Shown one piece after another: positions 29,017 to 36,176 of a stretch of 64,000 bases of DNA. Source of the stretch: Longimicrobiales bacterium (GTDB taxonomy: Bacteria; Gemmatimonadota; Gemmatimonadetes; Longimicrobiales; Gaopeijiaceae). The notes beneath the pieces were generated by a model that worked only from the letters and a program-made list of their open reading frames with translations, had not been told where the DNA came from and did not search any database. Every line of letters begins with the position of its first letter. Position 1 is the first letter of the stretch. A program made the position numbers and the translations under genes. Location of the stretch: NCBI GenBank assembly GCA_963664435.2, contig CAXXKM010000003.1, positions 1,504,001 to 1,568,000 of the forward strand. Reading direction: 5' to 3'.

Positions 29017-29616
29017 ATGCAGGATTCCATGACGAACCGTGCCTCAGGTTCCGAGGTCGGCCACCTTGAGGACCGACGGGCATTCCTGCGACTGCTGGCG
29101 GGTGGAGTGTTAGGTGCCGGAATGACGCAACTGGCAGCCTGCACGTATGCCGGCGCTGATCTCGTTGGTCTTGCCAACGATGGATACAGCAGTTTTTCCT
29201 CGTCGAGTTCCTCCTCATCGAGTTCCAGCAGCAGTTCGTCGTCGAGTAGCTCTTCGTCCAGTTCGAGTTCGAGCAGTTCCTCGTCGTCCTCATCGAGTTC
29301 CAGTAGCAGTTCGTCGTCGAGCTCCTCGTCATCGAGTAGCTCCTCCTCCAGTTCGAGTTCGAGCAGTTCCTCATCAAGTTCCAGCAGCAGCTCGTCGTCG
29401 AGTTCCTCCTCGTCCAGTTCGAGTCCGAGCAGCTCGTCGAGCAACAGCGGTCAGGGTGGGGGCCAAGCGTCCGGCGGTTCGTCGCAGAGTCCGAGCAGCT
29501 CGTCGTCGAGTTCGAGCAGCGGCGGCTGGGGTGGGGGTCAGGCAGCCGGTGGTTCCTCGTCGAGTTCGAGCGGCAGCTCGTCGTCGACGGGTTCGAGCAG
29601 TTCGTCTTCGGGCTGA
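29017..29616 (+). CDS. Tat-lipoprotein-signal poly-serine protein
   Basis: GGGAG RBS, DRRAFLR twin-Arg motif, lipobox LAAC, 76 consecutive Ser (29197-29424), Gly/Ser tail. Confidence 0.75.
   Translation: MQDSMTNRASGSEVGHLEDRRAFLRLLAGGVLGAGMTQLAACTYAGADLVGLANDGYSSFSSSSSSSSSSSSSSSSSSSSSSSSSSSSSSSSSSSSSSSSSSSSSSSSSSSSSSSSSSSSSSSSSSSSSSSSSSSSPSSSSSNSGQGGGQASGGSSQSPSSSSSSSSSGGWGGGQAAGGSSSSSSGSSSSTGSSSSSSG
29197..29424 (+). repeat. degenerate poly-serine coding repeat
   Basis: 76 Ser codons using all six Ser codons; recurring unit tcatc(g/a)agttccag at 29215, 29290 and 29371. Confidence 0.9.
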
Positions 29617-29653
29617 CGCGCAGCCAACCGGTCACAGCAACCCAACCAAGCAG

Positions 29654-32248
29654 ATGCCTCCCCCATGCGCTCGCCTGGTCCTCTTTGCCACGGCATTCGT
29701 CGCGCTGTCGACCACGGCCTGCGGCGACGGCAGTACGGAGCCTGCACCAACTCCGAACCGGGCGCCGGTGCCTAGCGGCTCCATTCCGGCTCAGACCGTT
29801 GGCGTCGCGGAAACGGCCATGGTGAACCTGGCCGGCTATTTCACCGATGACGGAGACGCTCTGACCTACGGCGCAACCAGCTCCGATGTCACGATCGCGT
29901 CCGTGGCTGTGTCCGGCAGCGTCCTGACCATCACCGGCGTGGCGGCGGGCGCGGCCGCGGTGGCCGTGACGGCCACGGACGGGGGCGGCCTCTCGGCCCG
30001 GCAGAGCTTCCCGGTCACGGTTCCGAACCGGGCGCCGGAAGTCACGGACACGATTCCTCCGCAGATCCTGACGGTCGGAGACACGCGCTCGTGGGCCGGA
30101 TCCGAGCACTTCGCCGATCCAGACGGCGACCGGTTGATGCTGACGGCCGGCACGACCGACGCGTCCGTAGTCCAGGCCTCGGTATCCGGGGACGAGTTGG
30201 AGATTCTCGCCGTAGCGCCAGGGAGAGCCATCGTGACGTTCACCGCTACCGATCCGGAAGGCCTGGGGGTCAGCCAGAGCATTGAGGTGACCTCGGAGAT
30301 CCCGGGGTCCGTGCTCATCTCCAGTGTTGCGCCCGCCGTGCTGCTTGAGGGCGCGCAAGCGACCATCAGCGGCTCAGGGTTTTCGAGTGTTCCCGGGGAC
30401 AACGAAGTGGTGATCGGCGGTTTGGCAGCGACCGTGACCGCGTCGAGTGCGATGCGCCTTTCGGTGACGGTCCCGTACAGCGACTGTCTGCCCCCTCGGC
30501 GCGCCGAGTTGCGCGTGACGGTGCAAGGTGACAGTGACGCCCGGCTGGTGGGGGTGAGCCCGCGCAGCGGGGAAGACATCGATCTTCCGGTCGGCTGGTA
30601 CCGCTACACCTATGGCGGGAACGGCTGCCTCCACCTGCCCGGAGATGACGCGGGAGGCGCATACGTGATCGGAGTCGTCTCCATCTCCGAAGAGCCGTCC
30701 TCTCTGACTCCGGTTGCCGCGACCAGCATCGTCGGAGACCCGACAGTGGTGGCCGGGCGATCGCTCTTCGCCTACTCGGCGCCGCTTCGCGAAGCCGTGG
30801 TACCGGCGCGGCGAAGCCCGTTGCCGAGGGCCGATGTGGCTGCTCCGGCGAGTGCCGCCGCACCTGTCCGGCCGGAAATCGTCGAGGTTGCGCGCGGCTG
30901 GGAGCGCCCCCACAACGAGGTGATGAACCGGAACCGGGGGATCGTCCGGAGGCTGGGTCGAGTGGACCCTGCGGCGGCGCGTGCTCAAGCAACGCGCGCT
31001 CTGTCCGTTAACGACACGCTCACCCTGTTTGCCGGGGGGACGTCTTGCTCGGCCCGCGACCAGATGCGAGCTGTGGTGCGGCTGATCGGCGACCACACCG
31101 TGTGGCTCGACGACTTCGAAAACCCGAGCGGGACCTTCACGGACTCCGAGCTTACGGGACTGGACGCCTTCTACGGAGCCCGAGTGAAGGGGGTTCACGG
31201 CGATTACTTCGGGGACCTGTCCGACGTCGACGGGAACGGGGGCCGGGTCATGGTCGTCATGACGAAGCAGGTGAACGAACAGGACGACCCGGATTCGTTC
31301 CTCGGGGGGCGGGTCTGGTTTGGGGACCTCTATTCGACCGAGACGTGTGCCACCAGCAACCAGGCCGAGGTTGTCTATGGCCGCGCCCCAGATCCCGCGG
31401 GCGTCTTCGGACACGCCTGGACGAAGGAGCAAACCCTTGCATACTACCCGTCCCTGCTGACGCACGAGATCGCCCACCTCGCGCAGGGTGCCGCCTCGGT
31501 GTTCGGGGGAGCCGACTTCACCACCTGGGAGCTGGAGGGCGGCGCGACGCTTTCGGAACAGCTGGTGGCCTACGGCCTCTTCGGACATGGATCGGGGCAG
31601 AACATGGGATACGAACAGTGGGAAGACGGCCGTGAGTGGTACGAGAACTGGACTTTCGGGCTGGCCCGATTCTTAGGGTGGGACTCGAACGATCCGACCG
31701 ACACCCGCCGGATCCCGAACGCGCCGGAGGAGTGCAGTTGGATCGGTACTCCGGAGGAGGGAAACGACGGCCCTTGCGCCTACCCGTTCAGAGCCGTGTA
31801 CGATGTTCCGTCGATGGTCTTCCGGTTCGCGATGGACCGCTGGGGAGACGAATACCCGGGCGGCGAGAGGGCCCTGATGCATCGCCTCATGCAATCTCCC
31901 ACGAGGGGGCTGGCTTCCCTGGCGGAGGTTAGCGACTGGCGGGCCGAACAGATTCTGGCGGACTTCTACATGTCGCTGTGGATCGACCTGAACGGCTGGG
32001 ACGCCTTCGGCATGACGACCTGGGATCTCGACGACATCTGGAGCCGCTTCGGGCCGAGCCAACATCTTCAGCCCTACGAATCGACATTCGCGGAGTTCAC
32101 TCGCCAGTGGAATGTCCGAGCCGGATCCACGTCATACCTGGAGTGGAGTCCAGGCGGTTCGCGGGGGCCCACGTCCATCCGGGTAACGTCCCCGAACGGC
32201 GCTTCCATTCCGGACCACATATCGGTATGGGCGTTCCGGGTCCGATGA
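29654..32248 (+). CDS. surface lipoprotein: two cadherin/Ig-like domains, IPT/TIG domain, HExxH metallopeptidase-like domain
   Basis: Lipobox TTAC, two NRAP...FxDxDGDxL repeats, ISSVAP...ISGSGF, THEIAH followed by WELEGGA. Confidence 0.75.
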   Translation: MPPPCARLVLFATAFVALSTTACGDGSTEPAPTPNRAPVPSGSIPAQTVGVAETAMVNLAGYFTDDGDALTYGATSSDVTIASVAVSGSVLTITGVAAGAAAVAVTATDGGGLSARQSFPVTVPNRAPEVTDTIPPQILTVGDTRSWAGSEHFADPDGDRLMLTAGTTDASVVQASVSGDELEILAVAPGRAIVTFTATDPEGLGVSQSIEVTSEIPGSVLISSVAPAVLLEGAQATISGSGFSSVPGDNEVVIGGLAATVTASSAMRLSVTVPYSDCLPPRRAELRVTVQGDSDARLVGVSPRSGEDIDLPVGWYRYTYGGNGCLHLPGDDAGGAYVIGVVSISEEPSSLTPVAATSIVGDPTVVAGRSLFAYSAPLREAVVPARRSPLPRADVAAPASAAAPVRPEIVEVARGWERPHNEVMNRNRGIVRRLGRVDPAAARAQATRALSVNDTLTLFAGGTSCSARDQMRAVVRLIGDHTVWLDDFENPSGTFTDSELTGLDAFYGARVKGVHGDYFGDLSDVDGNGGRVMVVMTKQVNEQDDPDSFLGGRVWFGDLYSTETCATSNQAEVVYGRAPDPAGVFGHAWTKEQTLAYYPSLLTHEIAHLAQGAASVFGGADFTTWELEGGATLSEQLVAYGLFGHGSGQNMGYEQWEDGREWYENWTFGLARFLGWDSNDPTDTRRIPNAPEECSWIGTPEEGNDGPCAYPFRAVYDVPSMVFRFAMDRWGDEYPGGERALMHRLMQSPTRGLASLAEVSDWRAEQILADFYMSLWIDLNGWDAFGMTTWDLDDIWSRFGPSQHLQPYESTFAEFTRQWNVRAGSTSYLEWSPGGSRGPTSIRVTSPNGASIPDHISVWAFRVR

Positions 32249-32261
32249 GAACAGCCAGCCG

Positions 32262-33239
32262 ATGCGAAAGCTGATACTCAGGAACTTTCAGTCGCCGGGT
32301 GACATCGTGATGCTCACCGCTGCGGTCCGCGACCTGCACAGGTGCTATCCCGAACGTTTCCTGACCGATGTCCGCACTTCCTGTCCCGCGCTCTGGGAGA
32401 ACAACCCGCATATCGTGCCGTTGAACGAGGACGACCCGGACGTGGAAGTCGTGGACTGCCACTACCCGCTGATCCACCAGAGCAACCAAAGGCCCTATCA
32501 CTTCCTGCACGGCTTCATCCACTATCTGAACGAGCAGCTGGGACTTCGGATCGAGCCGGGGGCGTTCAAGGGAGACATTCACATCTCGGATGGTGAGAAG
32601 GAGTGGTTCTCCCGTGTGCAGGAGGCTCACGGGGAGTCCACCCCGTTCTGGATGATCGACGCCGGGGGCAAGTTCGACTACACGATCAAGTGGTGGGATC
32701 CGAAACGGTATCAGGCCGTCGTTGATCATTTTCGGGGCCACGTGGAGTTCGTCCAGATCGGGGAGGTCGGACATCAACATCCGCCGCTTGACGGAGTCGT
32801 CGACATGAGGGGGCAAACCACCCTTCGCCAACTCGTGCGGCTCATGTATCACGCGCAGGGCGTCCTGACGCCGATCAGTCTGCCGATGCACCTGGCCGCA
32901 GCGGTGGAAGTGAAGCCCGGCATGCCGAAGAACCGTCCGTGCGTCGTCGTGGCCGGAGGCCGGGAGCCACCTCACTGGGAGGCCTACCCGCACCACCAGT
33001 TCATTCACACCGTCGGTGCGCTATTGTGTTGCGACAACGGGGGATGCTGGAAGTCGCGAACGGTGCCGCTGGGCGATGGCGACTACAAGGACGGGCCTGA
33101 CGAACTCTGCGTTGACGTGGTGGGCAACCTGCCTCGTTGCATGGACATGATTACCGCGGAAGAAGTGATCCGCCGGATCGAGTGGTACTTCGATGGCGGA
33201 GCGATCGAATACCTGAATCCCCGGTCCCGAGCAGAATAG
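32262..33239 (+). CDS. glycosyltransferase family 9 (heptosyltransferase-like)
   Basis: SPGDIVMLTAAVRDL, LWENNPHI, KWW, DMRGQTTLRQL, PMHLAAAV, C-terminal Cys cluster ending CMDMITAEEV. Confidence 0.85.
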   Translation: MRKLILRNFQSPGDIVMLTAAVRDLHRCYPERFLTDVRTSCPALWENNPHIVPLNEDDPDVEVVDCHYPLIHQSNQRPYHFLHGFIHYLNEQLGLRIEPGAFKGDIHISDGEKEWFSRVQEAHGESTPFWMIDAGGKFDYTIKWWDPKRYQAVVDHFRGHVEFVQIGEVGHQHPPLDGVVDMRGQTTLRQLVRLMYHAQGVLTPISLPMHLAAAVEVKPGMPKNRPCVVVAGGREPPHWEAYPHHQFIHTVGALLCCDNGGCWKSRTVPLGDGDYKDGPDELCVDVVGNLPRCMDMITAEEVIRRIEWYFDGGAIEYLNPRSRAE

Positions 33240-33252
33240 GTTCCCCCGTCCG

Positions 33253-34083
33253 GTGCAAGGACACCTTCCTCCCGAAGAGCACTTCCTGGGAAAGACTTTT
33301 CCATTCTTTCCGAACCACGAAATCGTGGAGCACATCGGTACGGGGGCAATCGGCCGTGTGTATCGTGCACATGCGGCCCACATAGATGGTGACTTGGCAT
33401 TCAAATTCGTACCAATAGAGAATCTTCCTTCGTATCAACACGAGCCGGACGTTTACCTTGAGGAAGCCAGGAAGGCGAATGTTCTGGAGAATCCATGCGT
33501 CGTCCCGTATCTGGATGTGCGATTCTGGGACGATCCCGTGTTGGGACGCGAGTTCGTGGTGTTTATCCGTCAGTATGTATGGGGCACGTCGTTGGAGCAG
33601 TTCATCTGGTCCAATCGGGGGAATGTGGAGCTGCGGTTTATCGAGCAATTCCTGAGCGCCATGTTCGGTTTGCTCTTTGAGCTCGAACAGCGCGGAATGA
33701 TTCACGGAGACATTCACGCGGACAATGTGCTGGTAACACGCTCGCGGTACAATCTCAGAGGAGATGTGCAGTTTAGAGTTATGGATTTCAAGCCAACAGG
33801 ACACGGGGAACCCAGTGACTACCTGGGCATTGCGCTTTCGCTGAAGAGACTGTTGGAATGCGTCAGTTACGAGGAACAGCAACTTCGGGATCGTTACGTC
33901 TTTGAAGTGCTGCGAAACGACTTCCTGGGCCGATATCTTCTGGCCGAGTCGAACCCGGCAGCGGATGACCGTGCCTTCAGTCCGCGCCAATTGCAGAGCA
34001 AGCTGGACAGTGTTGACGAGATGTTCGCCGCTGCGAGCGCGTCCCGAGGACCGGAAGCAGCTGTTCGATCTGTTCGTCGCTGA
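33253..34083 (+). CDS. Ser/Thr protein kinase-like protein (possibly truncated)
   Basis: IGTGAIGRVY, LAFK, HGDIHADNVL, DF(K); visibly lower GC. Confidence 0.75.
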   Translation: MQGHLPPEEHFLGKTFPFFPNHEIVEHIGTGAIGRVYRAHAAHIDGDLAFKFVPIENLPSYQHEPDVYLEEARKANVLENPCVVPYLDVRFWDDPVLGREFVVFIRQYVWGTSLEQFIWSNRGNVELRFIEQFLSAMFGLLFELEQRGMIHGDIHADNVLVTRSRYNLRGDVQFRVMDFKPTGHGEPSDYLGIALSLKRLLECVSYEEQQLRDRYVFEVLRNDFLGRYLLAESNPAADDRAFSPRQLQSKLDSVDEMFAAASASRGPEAAVRSVRR

Positions 34084-34084
34084 G

Positions 34085-34590
34085 ACCTCGCGACCAGCTT
34101 CGCGCAACGGAGCGAGCGGTGAATGGACCTGGTGCTATCGACCAAGGCCACTCAGGAGAGGTTCCGCCAGGCCTCGAGCGCGCCGACCACCTCCTCGGGC
34201 GCCGCAGTGGCGGGTCCCGCCGCCCAGGCTGATGGCCGCGACGGCGAAGGCGGCCCCCCAACCTCAAGCGGCTGGCGGGCAGTGCGCGAGGGGGCCGGGA
34301 GCTGGCGAAGCCGGTCCTGCACTACTCGCTCAGTTGGGCGAGGGACGAAACGCCCGACAGGCGGGAGATGAGCCGGGCGATGGACGGGAGCCTGGAGGTG
34401 CTGGGGCTGGAGGGCCACGAGGCGCTGATCGTCGCGCACGACGACACCCGCCACCCGCATGTCCACGTCATCGCCAACCGTGTCGATCCGGAGACCGGGA
34501 AGGCCGCGACGCCGGGCAACAGCAAGCTCCGGCTGTCGCGCTGGGCCGAGGGCTACGAGCGGGACCAAGGATCCCGAAGGCGGACCGGGG
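34085..34590 (+). pseudogene. relaxase/mobilization nuclease (VirD2/MobA-like) remnant
   Basis: KPVLHYSLSWARDETPD...LIVAHDDTRHPHVHVIANRVDPETG (HUH motif); upstream MAATAKAAP is out of frame at the C6 run 34254-34259. Confidence 0.75.
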
Positions 34591-34653
34591 GGTCGGTTTC
34601 CCGCCCCCCCGGCCGCGGGGCGAAACCTCGACCGCCTACGCTCTACGGGCCGT

Positions 34654-35799
34654 TCACCAATTGGTGGACCGTTCGTCGTGGGCGTGGTCGGGAAGCCGGT
34701 AGCTGAGACCGGCCTCTTCATAGGCCGACGCCCCAAGAAGGTCCGCAAAAACCCCGAATCCTCCCTTCCTTGTCCAGGCCTTGATCCGCTGCATGTGCTG
34801 GTCGATCCGGTACGCGAGCAAGGGGAACGGCATGCCCCTCGTCCTGGGGAACCTCAGCTGGTCGGAAAGACCCTTGCCCACGAGCGCCCGGGAAACCGGG
34901 TAGATGACCTTGTTCACCAGCTTGCGGCGCTCCGCCGGATCATCGATGTTCGCGACCAGCGGGGCGGAGTTGATCAGCGCATTGGTCATGAGGATCGCGT
35001 CATCGGTCGGAGGAGGCTCGCAAACGGAGCCGATCCGGTACAGGTGCAGCGCGTGCTGCTCGTCGGTGAAGAGGATGGATTCCGGGATGCCCATGAGGTA
35101 GCCGGCGTAACGCCACACGTCATGGAAGCCGGCACGCTCCTCCGGGCTGTACCGCGCGCCCAGCGACTCCGAGTGCTTGACGGTGCGGGCCGCGAAGCAG
35201 GCGACCGCGTAGCCCATGTGCGCGGCGCTGATCGGCACGCCCCACGCGTCGTGCTCCCATTCCTCCGTCTGTCCCAGCAGCATCCGAACCTGCGCGTGGA
35301 CGAACCGGATGCGGACCGACAGCTTCCACCCCTCGCCGAATCGCTCCAGCCCGCCGGGCAGGAAGATCTCCACCTGATGGCGGTTGTTCTGCTTGAGCCG
35401 CCAGACACCATTGTCGAATATCCGCCCGGTCTGCACGAACGACTTGCTTATCAGCGTCGAGAAGCCGTCGATCAGTACCCCCGCCACGAAGGCCGAGAGG
35501 ACGAGGACGGAGTTTCTCTGAAAGGACCGGATGCCCGGTTGAAAGGCATCGCGATCCAGCCAGTCCGGATCGGGCTGCGGCGCGTTCCTGAGACCGGCGC
35601 GATCCTCCTCCATCCCCGCGTGAATGAACTCGTGGACCCGGCGCTGAGGCAGCGATGCCAGGTCCTCCACGATCGCGTCCATGACCGGATCGCCGATATG
35701 GGTGTGCGCGATGTAGTTGTCCGCGGTCTCCCGGTCGAGCGCACGCGCCTCGGCGTAGCCGTCGACATAGGCTGAGGGCGGGGCGGGGACGTTCTTCAC
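34654..35799 (-). CDS. MpaB / rubber-oxygenase (DUF2236-like) family protein
   Basis: GDPVMDA, VRIRFVHAQVR, WGVPISAAH, WRYAGYLMGIPE. Confidence 0.8.
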   Translation of the reverse strand: MKNVPAPPSAYVDGYAEARALDRETADNYIAHTHIGDPVMDAIVEDLASLPQRRVHEFIHAGMEEDRAGLRNAPQPDPDWLDRDAFQPGIRSFQRNSVLVLSAFVAGVLIDGFSTLISKSFVQTGRIFDNGVWRLKQNNRHQVEIFLPGGLERFGEGWKLSVRIRFVHAQVRMLLGQTEEWEHDAWGVPISAAHMGYAVACFAARTVKHSESLGARYSPEERAGFHDVWRYAGYLMGIPESILFTDEQHALHLYRIGSVCEPPPTDDAILMTNALINSAPLVANIDDPAERRKLVNKVIYPVSRALVGKGLSDQLRFPRTRGMPFPLLAYRIDQHMQRIKAWTRKGGFGVFADLLGASAYEEAGLSYRLPDHAHDERSTNW

Positions 35800-36176
35800 C
35801 GGTTCCTGGAACCCGCCCGCCAGCCACGAAGACTAAGCCGCCCCCGCCTCACGAACACTCCCAGGATGCTCTTCTTCGCTCCATCAGTATCATCGGCCCA
35901 TGCCCCCGACCGCTCGGGACAGCCCCCTAGACTTCGTCACCTTAGTCCTCACGCCCAAGTAAGATCATCGTCGTGTCAACCCCTGTCTCGGTGGCTTTGG
36001 GTTCGGGTGTGTTGGGAATCGGCCTGCGCGGACCGGCCGATACGCGAAGCCCGTCGAGGGACGGCGCCGCCCGCGACGAGCCGGTATTGGAGTCGGCACG
36101 AAATCTAGTGGCTTCTATCGTCATGTGCGACCGGCTGCCGACCGTACTCACGACGAGCACTCGTCGGACTGGCAGG

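Noticed and set aside
29197..29424. Possible CRISPR array or microsatellite
   Set aside because: No fixed repeat-spacer structure; variation is at synonymous Ser codons
28077..29444. 455-aa minus-strand ORF with an E/L/D-rich N-terminus
   Set aside because: Antisense shadow of the poly-Ser codons; the rest overlaps a real + strand gene and looks non-protein-like, while the + strand ORF has an RBS, Tat motif and lipobox
29147..29653. N-terminal extension of the 1033-aa ORF (RRVPP/VRVRA repeats)
   Set aside because: Shifted reading of the Ser tract; the lipoprotein signal starts at ATG 29654
29017..34083. Lanthipeptide/RiPP cluster interpretation
   Set aside because: No lyase, cyclase, YcaO or radical SAM enzyme is present and the leader is a Tat-lipoprotein signal; not excluded, but unsupported
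35800..36176. Possible ncRNA or riboswitch in the intergenic region
   Set aside because: No recognisable consensus by eye; an Infernal/Rfam search would be needed
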